Shown here piece after piece: positions 1 to 12,497 of a stretch of DNA of 64,000 nt (positions are counted from its first letter, which is position 1; every line of letters begins with the position of its first letter). The translations under genes and the position numbers were made by a program. This DNA comes from Escherichia phage vB_EcoM-G28, in the sequence record NC_054916.1. The stretch is one strand, 5' to 3'. The notes under the pieces are model-generated. The model did not search any database, was not told the origin of the DNA, and saw only the letters and a list, made by a program, of their open reading frames with translations.

Positions 1-1
1 A

Positions 2-1177
<1,176 letters not shown>

Positions 1178-1205
1178 TATTAAAGCATATTAAAGAGGAT
1201 TAAAA

Positions 1206-3185
1206 ATGACTTTATTATCTCCGGGCATTGAGCTCAAAGAAACTACGGTTCAAAGCACCGTGGTTAATAACTCTACTGGTACAGCAGCTTTGGCCGGTAA
1301 ATTCCAGTGGGGTCCTGCTTTTCAGATTAAACAGGTTACAAATGAAGTAGATTTAGTTAATACTTTTGGTCAACCAACCGCTGAAACTGCTGACTATTTT
1401 ATGTCTGCGATGAATTTCTTGCAGTACGGAAATGACTTACGAGTAGTTCGTGCTGTTGATAGAGATACCGCTAAAAACTCATCACCAATTGCTGGTAATA
1501 TTGAATACACAATTTCTACCCCAGGTAGTAACTATGCGGTTGGAGATAAAATCACGGTCAAATATGTTTCAGATGATATTGAAACTGAAGGTAAAATTAC
1601 TGAAGTAGACGCAGATGGAAAAATTAAGAAAATTAATATTCCTACTGCAAAAATTATCGCTAAAGCTAAAGAAGTCGGTGAATATCCAGAATTAGGTTCT
1701 AACTGGACTGCGGAAATTTCTTCGTCTTCCTCTGGTTTAGCTGCAGTAATAACTCTTGGAAAAATTATTACTGATTCTGGTATTTTATTAGCTGAAATTG
1801 AAAATGCTGAAGCTGCTATGACAGCGGTTGACTTTCAAGCAAATCTCGAAAAATACGGAATTCCAGGAGTAGTAGCTCTTTATCCAGGCGAATTAGGCGA
1901 TAAAATTGAAATTGAAATCGTATCTAAAGCTGACTATGCAAAAGGAGCTTCTGCATTACTCCCAATTTATCCGGGCGGTGGTACTCGCGCATCTACTGCT
2001 AAAGCAGTGTTTGGATATGGACCACAAACTGATTCACAGTACGCTATTATAGTTCGTCGAAATGATGCTATTGTTCAAAGCGTTGTTCTTTCAACTAAGC
2101 GTGGTGAAAAAGATATTTACGATAGTAACATCTATATCGATGACTTTTTCGCAAAAGGTGGTTCAGAATATATTTTTGCAACTGCACAAAACTGGCCAGA
2201 AGGCTTCTCTGGAATTTTAACTCTGTCTGGTGGATTATCATCAAATGCTGAAGTAACAGCAGGAGATTTGATGGAAGCTTGGGACTTCTTTGCTGACCGT
2301 GAATCTGTTGACGTTCAACTGTTTATTGCGGGTTCTTGTGCTGGTGAATCTTTAGAAACAGCATCTACTGTCCAAAAACACGTCGTTTCAATTGGTGATG
2401 CTCGTCAAGATTGCTTAGTATTGTGCTCACCACCGCGTGAAACTGTAGTTGGAATTCCTGTAACCCGTGCTGTTGATAACTTAGTCAATTGGAGAACTGC
2501 AGCAGGTTCATACACTGATAATAACTTTAATATCAGTTCAACCTACGCAGCAATTGATGGTAACTACAAATATCAGTATGACAAATATAATGATGTGAAT
2601 CGTTGGGTCCCATTAGCAGCTGATATTGCTGGATTGTGTGCAAGAACCGATAACGTTTCTCAGACTTGGATGTCTCCAGCTGGTTATAATCGTGGCCAGA
2701 TTCTTAACGTTATTAAACTTGCTATTGAAACTCGCCAGGCTCAGCGCGACCGTTTATACCAAGAAGCTATCAACCCGGTAACTGGTACAGGTGGTGATGG
2801 TTACGTATTGTATGGTGATAAAACAGCTACTTCTGTTCCTTCTCCATTTGATCGTATTAACGTTCGTCGTCTGTTTAATATGTTGAAAACGAATATCGGA
2901 CGCAGTTCAAAATATCGTTTGTTCGAATTAAACAATGCGTTTACTCGTTCTTCATTCCGTACAGAAACTGCTCAGTACTTGCAAGGAATTAAAGCTCTTG
3001 GCGGAATTTATGAATATCGTGTAGTTTGCGATACAACAAATAACACTCCGTCAGTAATTGATAGAAATGAGTTTGTTGCAACATTCTACATCCAACCGGC
3101 TCGTAGTATAAATTATATCCAACTTAATTTCGTCGCAACTGCTACTGGTGCAGATTTCGATGAGTTAACTGGTCTTGCAGGTTAA
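1206..3185 (+). CDS. 18: Tail sheath protein gp18
   Basis: 659-aa ORF, size and position as T4 gp18; ATG start at 1206. Confidence 0.9.
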   Translation: MTLLSPGIELKETTVQSTVVNNSTGTAALAGKFQWGPAFQIKQVTNEVDLVNTFGQPTAETADYFMSAMNFLQYGNDLRVVRAVDRDTAKNSSPIAGNIEYTISTPGSNYAVGDKITVKYVSDDIETEGKITEVDADGKIKKINIPTAKIIAKAKEVGEYPELGSNWTAEISSSSSGLAAVITLGKIITDSGILLAEIENAEAAMTAVDFQANLEKYGIPGVVALYPGELGDKIEIEIVSKADYAKGASALLPIYPGGGTRASTAKAVFGYGPQTDSQYAIIVRRNDAIVQSVVLSTKRGEKDIYDSNIYIDDFFAKGGSEYIFATAQNWPEGFSGILTLSGGLSSNAEVTAGDLMEAWDFFADRESVDVQLFIAGSCAGESLETASTVQKHVVSIGDARQDCLVLCSPPRETVVGIPVTRAVDNLVNWRTAAGSYTDNNFNISSTYAAIDGNYKYQYDKYNDVNRWVPLAADIAGLCARTDNVSQTWMSPAGYNRGQILNVIKLAIETRQAQRDRLYQEAINPVTGTGGDGYVLYGDKTATSVPSPFDRINVRRLFNMLKTNIGRSSKYRLFELNNAFTRSSFRTETAQYLQGIKALGGIYEYRVVCDTTNNTPSVIDRNEFVATFYIQPARSINYIQLNFVATATGADFDELTGLAG

Positions 3186-3201
3186 TACAGTGCATTCTAA
3201 A

Positions 3202-3219
3202 GGCCTGTTTCGACAGGCC
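3202..3219 (+). terminator. GC-rich stem-loop with UUCG loop downstream of gene 18
   Basis: ggcctgt-ttcg-acaggcc immediately after the gene 18 stop. Confidence 0.55.
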
Positions 3220-3220
3220 A

Positions 3221-3228
3221 TATAAATA
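3221..3228 (+). promoter_or_regulatory. T4-type late promoter (TATAAATA), first of two upstream of gene 19
   Basis: Exact TATAAATA. Confidence 0.55.
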
Positions 3229-3279
3229 CACTATATCCTTAATTCTTTAATTCTATATGCCCTAGGTTAAACATAGGGA

Positions 3280-3287
3280 TATAAATA
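3280..3287 (+). promoter_or_regulatory. T4-type late promoter (TATAAATA), proximal to gene 19
   Basis: Exact TATAAATA about 15 nt upstream of the gene 19 ATG. Confidence 0.6.
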
Positions 3288-3301
3288 CTACAGAGGTTAA
3301 T

Positions 3302-3793
3302 ATGTTTGTAGATGATGTAACACGAGCGTTTGAATCTGGTGATTTTGCTCGACCTAACTTATTCCAAGTAGAAATTTCTTATCTTGGACAAAATTTTACG
3401 TTCCAATGTAAAGCCACTGCTTTACCAGCTGGTATTGTAGAAAAAATTCCAGTCGGATTTATGAACCGTAAAATTAACGTGGCAGGCGATCGTACATTCG
3501 ATGACTGGACTGTTACAGTAATGAACGATGAAGCTCATGATGCTCGCCAGAAGTTTGTTGATTGGCAAAGCATTGCTGCTGGTCAAGGAAACGAAATTAC
3601 TGGTGGAAAACCTGCAGAGTATAAAAAGAGCGCTATTGTTCGTCAATATGCTCGTGATGCTAAAACAGTAACAAAAGAAATTGAAATTAAAGGTCTGTGG
3701 CCTACTAACGTGGGTGAACTTCAATTAGATTGGGATTCAAACAATGAAATCCAAACCTTTGAAGTAACTCTTGCTCTCGATTATTGGGAATAA
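3302..3793 (+). CDS. 19: Tail tube protein gp19
   Basis: 163-aa ORF between sheath and portal genes, size as T4 gp19. Confidence 0.9.
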   Translation: MFVDDVTRAFESGDFARPNLFQVEISYLGQNFTFQCKATALPAGIVEKIPVGFMNRKINVAGDRTFDDWTVTVMNDEAHDARQKFVDWQSIAAGQGNEITGGKPAEYKKSAIVRQYARDAKTVTKEIEIKGLWPTNVGELQLDWDSNNEIQTFEVTLALDYWE

Positions 3794-3800
3794 AATGAAT

Positions 3801-3814
3801 GGGGAGAAATCCCC
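3801..3814 (+). terminator. Stem-loop with GAAA loop after gene 19
   Basis: gggga-gaaa-tcccc. Confidence 0.45.
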
Positions 3815-3825
3815 ATCCTGCTTAA

Positions 3826-5450
<1,625 letters not shown>

Positions 5451-5451
<1 letters not shown>

Positions 5452-5696
5452 TGGAAGGTTTAATTGAAGCTATTAAATCAAACGACCTCGTAGCCGCTCG
5501 TAAATTATTTGCTGAAGCCATGGCTGCAAGAACGATTGATTTAATTAAAGAAGAAAAAATCGCTATCGCTCGTAATTTCTTAATCGAAGGTGAAGAACCT
5601 GAAGACGAGGATGAAGATGAAGATGATGACGAAGATAGCGATGATAAAGACAACAAAAAAGACAAAGACTCTGACGAAGACGAGGATGATGAATAA
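5451..5696 (+). CDS. 67: Prohead core protein gp67 (acidic C-terminal tail)
   Basis: 81 aa with a poly-Asp/Glu C-terminus; position between 20 and 68. Confidence 0.8.
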
Positions 5697-6121
5697 TGCT
5701 TCTGATCCCTGAAACTCATGAATTAGTTCTCGAGAATGTCGAAGCACTTATTCCTGAAGCACAGGGTCGCTTTGACGAATTGTCTTCTGCTTTAAATAAA
5801 GACGATATAAATACAATTGTCGAGAATATGCTTGATGATGAAACTGATTTAGCGGTTGCATTAGCTTCTATTAATGAAAATATGCCGTTAAATGAATTCA
5901 TCGTTAAACATGTTTCCGCCCGTGGTGAAATTACTCGCACTAAAGACCGCAAAACGCGTGAACGTAATGCATTTCAAACCACTGGGCTGTCTAAAGCAAA
6001 ACGTAGACAAATTGCTCGTAAAGCTACCAAAACGAAGATTGCCAATCCAGCAGGTCAATCTCGTGCTCAGCGTAAGCGTAAAAAAGCTCTTAAACGCCGT
6101 AAAGCATTAGGATTAAGCTAA
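5696..6121 (+). CDS. 68: Prohead core protein gp68
   Basis: 141 aa with a basic C-terminus; synteny. Confidence 0.8.
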
Positions 6122-6759
6122 TGAATGAACCCCAATTACTAATTGAAACTTGGGGTCAACCTGGCGAAATTATTGATGGCGTGCCAATGCTTGAATCTCA
6201 TGATGGAAAAGACTTAGGTTTAAAACCGGGTTTATACATCGAAGGAATATTCATGCAAGCGGAAGTCGTCAATAGAAATAAACGTCTTTATCCAAAACGC
6301 ATATTAGAAAAAGCGGTAAAAGACTATATTAATGAGCAAGTTTTAACTAAACAAGCTCTCGGAGAATTAAATCATCCTCCACGCGCTAATGTTGACCCAA
6401 TGCAAGCCGCTATCATTATAGAAGATATGTGGTGGAAAGGAAATGACGTATACGGACGAGCTCGTGTTATTGAAGGTGACCACGGTCCTGGAGATAAATT
6501 AGCAGCTAATATTCGTGCCGGATGGATTCCAGGAGTTTCTTCTCGTGGATTAGGTTCATTGACTGACACAAATAAAGGTTATCGTATCGTAAACGAAGGA
6601 TTCAAATTAACTGTAGGTGTTGATGCAGTATGGGGTCCAAGTGCTCCAGATGCATGGGTAACTCCTAAGGAAATTACCGAATCACAGACGGCGGAAGCCG
6701 ATACAAGTGCCGATGACGCCTATATGGCTCTCGCAGAGGCCATGAAAAAAGCGTTATAA
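6121..6759 (+). CDS. 21: Prohead protease gp21
   Basis: 212 aa; position and size as T4 gp21. Confidence 0.9.
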   Translation: MNEPQLLIETWGQPGEIIDGVPMLESHDGKDLGLKPGLYIEGIFMQAEVVNRNKRLYPKRILEKAVKDYINEQVLTKQALGELNHPPRANVDPMQAAIIIEDMWWKGNDVYGRARVIEGDHGPGDKLAANIRAGWIPGVSSRGLGSLTDTNKGYRIVNEGFKLTVGVDAVWGPSAPDAWVTPKEITESQTAEADTSADDAYMALAEAMKKAL

Positions 6760-6789
6760 ATATTATTATCTAAACAACAGGACTACAAA

Positions 6790-7599
6790 ATGCTTAAAGA
6801 ACAACTGATTGCTGAAGCGCAAAAAATTGATGCTTCCGTTGCTCTTGATAGTATTTTCGAATCAGTTAATATTTCTCCGGAAGCAAAAGAAACTTTCGGC
6901 ACTGTATTCGAAGCTACCGTCAAGCAGCACGCCGTTAAATTAGCTGAATCTCATATCGCTAAAATTGCTGAAAAGGCAGAAGAAGAAGTAGAAAAAAATA
7001 AAGAAGAAGCCGAAGAAAAAGCTGAGAAGAAAATCGCTGAGCAAGCTTCTAAATTCATCGACCATCTTGCAAAAGAATGGCTCGCCGAAAATAAATTAGC
7101 AGTTGATAAAGGCATCAAAGCCGAACTGTTTGAATCCATGCTTGGTGGATTAAAAGAGCTCTTTGTTGAACACAACGTTGTTGTTCCAGAAGAATCAGTT
7201 GATGTTGTAGCTGAAATGGAAGAAGAGCTGCAAGAACATAAAGAAGAATCAGCTCGTCTGTTCGAAGAACTCAATATGCGCGACGCATATATCAATTATG
7301 TGCAGCGTGAAGTGGCATTGAGCGAAAGTACTAAAGATCTGACTGAGTCTCAAAAAGAAAAAGTCTCTGCTCTGGTCGAAGGTATGGATTATTCAGATGC
7401 ATTCTCAAGTAAATTGAGTGCAATCGTAGAAATGGTGAAGAAATCTAATAAAGATGAAAGCACTATTACTGAGGGTATAAATACTCCTGATACTGAAGCA
7501 GCCGGACTGAATTTCGTCACTGAAGCTGTAGAAGATAAAGCTGCACAGGGTGCAGAAGATATTGTAAGTGTATATGCGAAAGTCGCATCTCGTTTCTAA
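6790..7599 (+). CDS. 22: Prohead core scaffold protein gp22
   Basis: 269 aa, acidic and helical; synteny. Confidence 0.9.
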   Translation: MLKEQLIAEAQKIDASVALDSIFESVNISPEAKETFGTVFEATVKQHAVKLAESHIAKIAEKAEEEVEKNKEEAEEKAEKKIAEQASKFIDHLAKEWLAENKLAVDKGIKAELFESMLGGLKELFVEHNVVVPEESVDVVAEMEEELQEHKEESARLFEELNMRDAYINYVQREVALSESTKDLTESQKEKVSALVEGMDYSDAFSSKLSAIVEMVKKSNKDESTITEGINTPDTEAAGLNFVTEAVEDKAAQGAEDIVSVYAKVASRF

Positions 7600-7617
7600 T
7601 TTTAAAGGTTAACACAA

Positions 7618-9183
7618 ATGACTATCAAAACTAAAGCTGAACTTTTGAACAAATGGAAGCCATTACTGGAAGGTGAAGGTTTACCGGAAATTGCTAATAG
7701 CAAACAAGCGATTATCGCTAAAATCTTTGAAAACCAGGAAAAAGATTTCCAGACAGCTCCGGAATATAAAGACGAAAAAATTGCTCAGGCATTCGGTTCT
7801 TTCTTAACAGAAGCTGAAATCGGTGGTGACCACGGTTACAATGCTACTAACATCGCTGCAGGTCAGACTTCTGGCGCAGTAACTCAGATTGGCCCAGCTG
7901 TTATGGGTATGGTACGTCGTGCTATTCCTAACCTGATTGCTTTCGATATTTGCGGTGTTCAGCCGATGAACAGCCCGACCGGTCAGGTATTCGCACTGCG
8001 CGCAGTATATGGTAAAGACCCAATCGCTTCCGGTGCTAAAGAAGCATTCCACCCAATGTATGGTCCAGATGCAATGTTCTCTGGTCAGGGTGCTGCTAAG
8101 AAATTCCCGGCGCTGGCTGCTAGCACAGAAACCACAGTAGGTGATATCTATACTCACTTCTTCCAGGACACTGGTACTGTGTATCTGCAGGCTTCTGCTC
8201 AAGTAACAATTAGTGCAAGCGCAACTGATGCAGCTAAATTAGATGCTGAAATTAAGAAACAAATGGAAGCTGGTGTACTAGTAGAAATCGCTGAAGGTAT
8301 GGCTACTTCTATCGCTGAACTTCAGGAAGGTTTCAACGGTTCTACCGATAACCCATGGAATGAAATGGGCTTCCGTATCGATAAACAAGTTATCGAAGCT
8401 AAATCTCGCCAGCTGAAAGCTGCTTACTCTATCGAATTAGCACAAGACCTCCGCGCTGTTCACGGTATGGATGCTGATGCTGAACTGTCTGGTATTCTGG
8501 CTACCGAAATCATGCTGGAAATCAACCGTGAAGTTGTTGATTGGATTAACTACTCAGCTCAGGTTGGTAAATCTGGTATGACCCTGACTCCGGGTTCTAA
8601 AGCTGGTGTATTTGACTTCCAGGATCCGATTGATATTCGTGGTGCTCGCTGGGCGGGTGAATCCTTTAAAGCTCTGTTGTTCCAGATTGACAAAGAAGCA
8701 GTTGAAATTGCTCGTCAGACCGGTCGTGGTGAAGGTAACTTCATTATCGCTTCCCGTAACGTAGTTAACGTTCTGGCTTCAGTTGATACTGGCATTTCTT
8801 ATGCTGCACAGGGTCTGGCTACCGGCTTTAACACTGATACTACCAAGTCAGTATTTGCTGGCGTTCTGGGTGGTAAATACCGTGTATATATCGACCAGTA
8901 TGCTAAACAGGATTATTTCACTGTAGGTTATAAAGGTCCGAACGAAATGGATGCTGGTATTTACTATGCTCCATATGTAGCTCTGACTCCGCTGCGTGGT
9001 TCCGATCCGAAGAACTTCCAACCAGTAATGGGATTCAAAACTCGTTACGGTATCGGTATCAACCCATTTGCAGAATCCGCTGCTCAGGCTCCGGCTTCTC
9101 GCATCCAGAGCGGTATGCCTTCTATTCTGAATAGCCTTGGTAAAAACGCTTACTTCCGCCGTGTATATGTTAAAGGTATCTAA
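7618..9183 (+). CDS. 23: Major capsid protein gp23
   Basis: 521 aa; N-terminal propeptide-like region; synteny. Confidence 0.95.
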   Translation: MTIKTKAELLNKWKPLLEGEGLPEIANSKQAIIAKIFENQEKDFQTAPEYKDEKIAQAFGSFLTEAEIGGDHGYNATNIAAGQTSGAVTQIGPAVMGMVRRAIPNLIAFDICGVQPMNSPTGQVFALRAVYGKDPIASGAKEAFHPMYGPDAMFSGQGAAKKFPALAASTETTVGDIYTHFFQDTGTVYLQASAQVTISASATDAAKLDAEIKKQMEAGVLVEIAEGMATSIAELQEGFNGSTDNPWNEMGFRIDKQVIEAKSRQLKAAYSIELAQDLRAVHGMDADAELSGILATEIMLEINREVVDWINYSAQVGKSGMTLTPGSKAGVFDFQDPIDIRGARWAGESFKALLFQIDKEAVEIARQTGRGEGNFIIASRNVVNVLASVDTGISYAAQGLATGFNTDTTKSVFAGVLGGKYRVYIDQYAKQDYFTVGYKGPNEMDAGIYYAPYVALTPLRGSDPKNFQPVMGFKTRYGIGINPFAESAAQAPASRIQSGMPSILNSLGKNAYFRRVYVKGI

Positions 9184-9199
9184 GATATAACCTTATTAT

Positions 9200-9217
9200 G
9201 GGAGACTTCGGTCTCCC
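9200..9217. terminator. Stem-loop (UUCG loop) between gene 23 and the convergent small ORF
   Basis: gggagac-ttcg-gtctccc, can serve both convergent transcripts. Confidence 0.6.
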
Positions 9218-9232
9218 ATTCTTGTTTCTATA

Positions 9233-9499
9233 CTACGCAATCTTAACTCGACGGTTGATGATGTCACGGAAGTCAATACGATTTTCTTGGATTTTCAGCC
9301 AGTTACCAGATTTGTCTTTGGTATGGGTAGAATATTCACCGTTCCACCAGAAGTCAGTAGCATAAGCCATGGTTTCATATTTCTTAACTAGGGCATTCAC
9401 TGCATTACCGTTAGGATTGGAACCATATTTTTCTACCAGGGCTTTGATGTCTTTATCAAGAGCGGACAGAGTAGTACGAATAAAGTTTAACTTGTTCAT
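9233..9499 (-). CDS. Hypothetical 88-aa protein, antisense to the late head genes (the ORF track extends it to 9514)
   Basis: ORF with GAGGAG Shine-Dalgarno before the ATG at 9499 and its own early-type promoter; no recognisable motif. Confidence 0.55.
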   Translation of the reverse strand: MNKLNFIRTTLSALDKDIKALVEKYGSNPNGNAVNALVKKYETMAYATDFWWNGEYSTHTKDKSGNWLKIQENRIDFRDIINRRVKIA

Positions 9500-9529
9500 T
9501 TTTAATCTCCTCATGTTTTTGATAGGTCT

Positions 9530-9559
9530 ATAGTAACATGTGATAACCTTGCTGTAAAC
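9530..9559 (-). promoter_or_regulatory. Sigma70/T4 early-type promoter for the 88-aa ORF
   Basis: Minus strand reads GTTTACA, a 17-nt spacer, then TACTAT. Confidence 0.45.
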
Positions 9560-9565
9560 AACTTT

Positions 9566-9573
9566 TATAAATA
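9566..9573 (+). promoter_or_regulatory. T4-type late promoter for gene 24
   Basis: Exact TATAAATA about 30 nt upstream of the ATG. Confidence 0.6.
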
Positions 9574-9601
9574 AACATATACTCTCAACAAGGAAAGCGC
9601 A

Positions 9602-10885
9602 ATGGCTAAAATCAACGAACTTCTGCGCGAATCAACCACAACGAATAGCAACTCAATCGGTCGCCCAAATCTCGTTGCTTTGACTCGCGCTACCACTAAA
9701 TTAATATATTCTGACATTGTAGCAACGCAAAGAACTAATCAACCTGTTGCTGCTTTTTATGGTATTAAATACCTTAACCCAGATAACGAATTTACATTTA
9801 AAACTGGTGCTACTTACGCTGGCGAAGCTGGGTATGTAGACCGAGAACAAATCACAGAATTAACAGAAGAGTCTAAATTAACTCTCAATAAAGGCGATTT
9901 ATTCAAATATAATAATATCGTTTATAAAGTATTAGAAGATACACCATTTGCTACCATTGAAGAAAGCGATTTAGAATTAGCTCTTCAGATTGCAATTGTT
10001 CTTTTAAAGGTTCGTCTATTTTCTGACGCAGCGTCAACGAGCAAATTTGAAAGCTCTGATAGCGAAATTGCGGATGCTAGATTCCAGATTAATAAATGGC
10101 AAACCGCAGTTAAATCTCGTAAACTTAAAACTGGCATCACAGTTGAATTAGCACAAGATTTAGAAGCAAATGGATTCGATGCTCCTAATTTCTTGGAAGA
10201 TTTGCTTGCAACTGAAATGGCGGATGAAATCAATAAAGATATTCTACAGTCTTTGATTACAGTGTCAAAACGCTATAAAGTTACAGGAATTACTGATACT
10301 GGATTCATTGATTTGAGTTATGCATCTGCACCTGAAGCTGGTCGTTCATTATACCGAATGGTATGTGAAATGGTTTCACATATCCAAAAAGAATCAACTT
10401 ATACAGCAACGTTCTGTGTTGCTTCAGCTCGTGCTGCTGCGATTCTTGCTGCATCAGGTTGGTTAAAACATAAACCAGAAGATGATAAATATCTTTCACA
10501 AAATGCCTACGGGTTCTTAGCTAATGGTTTACCGCTTTATTGCGATACTAACAGCCCATTAGATTATGTAATCGTTGGCGTGGTAGAAAATATTGGCGAA
10601 AAAGAAATTGTTGGATCAATTTTCTATGCTCCGTATACAGAAGGTCTTGACTTAGATGACCCTGAACATGTAGGTGCATTTAAAGTTGTAGTTGATCCAG
10701 AAAGTTTGCAGCCATCTATCGGTTTATTGGTTAGATATGCTTTATCTGCAAATCCTTACACTGTAGCAAAAGATGAAAAAGAAGCAAGAATAATTGATGG
10801 TGGAGACATGGATAAAATGGCGGGTCGTTCAGATTTGTCTGTTTTATTAGGTGTTAAGCTACCAAAAATTATCGTTGATGAATAA
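9602..10885 (+). CDS. 24: Head vertex protein gp24
   Basis: 427 aa; synteny and size as T4 gp24. Confidence 0.9.
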   Translation: MAKINELLRESTTTNSNSIGRPNLVALTRATTKLIYSDIVATQRTNQPVAAFYGIKYLNPDNEFTFKTGATYAGEAGYVDREQITELTEESKLTLNKGDLFKYNNIVYKVLEDTPFATIEESDLELALQIAIVLLKVRLFSDAASTSKFESSDSEIADARFQINKWQTAVKSRKLKTGITVELAQDLEANGFDAPNFLEDLLATEMADEINKDILQSLITVSKRYKVTGITDTGFIDLSYASAPEAGRSLYRMVCEMVSHIQKESTYTATFCVASARAAAILAASGWLKHKPEDDKYLSQNAYGFLANGLPLYCDTNSPLDYVIVGVVENIGEKEIVGSIFYAPYTEGLDLDDPEHVGAFKVVVDPESLQPSIGLLVRYALSANPYTVAKDEKEARIIDGGDMDKMAGRSDLSVLLGVKLPKIIVDE

Positions 10886-10891
10886 AACAAA

Positions 10892-10907
10892 GGGACCTTT
10901 CGGTCCC
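10892..10907. terminator. Bidirectional stem-loop between gene 24 and rnlB
   Basis: gggacc-tttc-ggtccc flanked by A/T runs on both sides. Confidence 0.6.
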
Positions 10908-10914
10908 TTTTTAT

Positions 10915-11919
10915 TTAACTTACCAATTCAATCCAAGCCGGACGAAGTACATCTTGTACCATTTTAACTAATTCCTTTTTAACCAAAGAAGGATTATCTG
11001 CTTGAGTTAGAGTAATACCTTCACGAGAAGTTTCTTCCAAAATATCTTGAACAGTTAGTCCCATCACCTTTCCAAAATCTTTTGGACCAATTTCGCCAAT
11101 TTTAGAAATAACGTTATTTACTCGGTTCAGTGTAACGTAACAAGCTAAAATTCCCACCAATTTGTTATCAGCTTCTGACAGTTCAACTTTAGCTTTAATA
11201 GGCTTATCAGACTTTTTCTTTTCACTAAATTTAGAATTCTTGCATTTAATCGCTACGCGATTGCCATTAGGCATCCAAGAAGGATAACAAGGTTTCAATA
11301 CATAACCTTCAGCGGTAAATACTTCGCCTTTTGCTTCGGCATTCCAAACGCATTTATTTGCATCAACTAATCCAGCATGGTCTACTGTAAAATTATAATC
11401 TTGGACGACAGAATCTAAATCATTTGGCAATTTAATAAGCTCTTCAAATTTACCGCGACCTAAAAGTGGAGCCATTTTAAATTTAAATGTATTACAGAAT
11501 GATTCCATCATATAATCATCGACATAAGTCACATCACCACTTTCGGTAGTAACAATAATGTCAAATACATAAAAATCTTTATCGCCATAATCGACATTCT
11601 TCTGAATGCCAGGTCCAGCAAATTCGCCAAAGACTTGATAAGATACAACTGCTGAAGTTTCCATAATATCTTGTACTGCTTTAATGGAATCAGCGTAATT
11701 CTTTAGAATAATTTCATACCCAAAGAAATCTTCAGCAGGAAGAATAGGACCAGTACGTTTAGCACAAGTTGCTTTATCGCGCTCAATAATCAACGAAAAA
11801 TTTGTACCATGAATCTTTTCACGAGCTACCCATTCGCCGCCAGTCAATCCTAAACTATAAAGTTTTTCAATGAATTTAGAATTGTAATGATTTTCAAGAC
11901 TGCTATACTTTTTAAACAT
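10915..11919 (-). CDS. rnlB: RNA ligase 2 (RnlB)
   Basis: 334 aa; N-terminal KIHGTN nucleotidyltransferase motif I; size and position as T4 Rnl2. Confidence 0.9.
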   Translation of the reverse strand: MFKKYSSLENHYNSKFIEKLYSLGLTGGEWVAREKIHGTNFSLIIERDKATCAKRTGPILPAEDFFGYEIILKNYADSIKAVQDIMETSAVVSYQVFGEFAGPGIQKNVDYGDKDFYVFDIIVTTESGDVTYVDDYMMESFCNTFKFKMAPLLGRGKFEELIKLPNDLDSVVQDYNFTVDHAGLVDANKCVWNAEAKGEVFTAEGYVLKPCYPSWMPNGNRVAIKCKNSKFSEKKKSDKPIKAKVELSEADNKLVGILACYVTLNRVNNVISKIGEIGPKDFGKVMGLTVQDILEETSREGITLTQADNPSLVKKELVKMVQDVLRPAWIELVS

Positions 11920-11928
11920 AATTAATCC

Positions 11929-12207
11929 TCAAAATGTAATTTCTAACCAATCACCATCACGCTGGTCACTATTGACTTTAAAGCTAAATCCTTCTTTTCT
12001 CAGCCAATCACCAATTTCTTCAGTAATCAATTTATCGCGAGCAGTGCAATAATAACTAAAATATGTTTTACCTTGTTCAGCTGCTTTATTAGCAAGTTCC
12101 GAAAAATCTTTAATAAAACACTCTAGTTTAAACTGTTTACTTTTAAGTGCTTTTTCACGTAATTGATTAGCAAAAGATTCATTTTCATAAAGATCATACT
12201 GTTCCAT
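11929..12207 (-). CDS. Hypothetical protein (T4 24.2 position)
   Basis: 92-aa ORF; synteny. Confidence 0.6.
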   Translation of the reverse strand: MEQYDLYENESFANQLREKALKSKQFKLECFIKDFSELANKAAEQGKTYFSYYCTARDKLITEEIGDWLRKEGFSFKVNSDQRDGDWLEITF

Positions 12208-12409
12208 TTTTCACCTTTTTATTAATATGTCTTTTTCTATAGACAACTTTTTCTCGAGTCTCAAATTTATTTTTAGCAGTCATAGCTCGAGCCCATAATA
12301 CAGCCACTTCTTTTGCCTGTAAGTTCAATTCACGAGCAATTTCAATGAATGACTTTCCAGACTCATGAAGAGTAAACACCACAACCTCAGTTCTCATAAT
12401 CAATCTCAT
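12194..12409 (-). CDS. Hypothetical small protein (T4 24.3 position), possible helix-turn-helix
   Basis: 71-aa ORF; the segment SGKSFIEIARELNLQAKEVAVLW resembles an HTH. Confidence 0.5.
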   Translation of the reverse strand: MRLIMRTEVVVFTLHESGKSFIEIARELNLQAKEVAVLWARAMTAKNKFETREKVVYRKRHINKKVKNGTV

Positions 12410-12478
12410 GTTATCGAGTTGGTGCCATTATATACATCATTTTCTGATTGTGTTTTGTGTGCTTTCAAAATGAAGAAA

Positions 12479-12492
12479 GGGGCCGAAGCCCC
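12479..12492 (-). terminator. Stem-loop downstream of the 24.3-position ORF / upstream of hoc
   Basis: ggggc-cgaa-gcccc. Confidence 0.4.
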
Positions 12493-12497
12493 TAAGA

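Noticed and set aside
3422-3724. 100-aa minus-strand ORF inside gene 19
   Set aside because: Antisense shadow ORF within a well-supported structural gene; same applies to 5402..5719, 6372..6569, 6951..7295, 7804..8202, 9985..10233 and 10305..10499
5581-5696. Poly-acidic low-complexity tract as a possible repeat element
   Set aside because: It is the in-frame acidic C-terminal tail of the small prohead core protein
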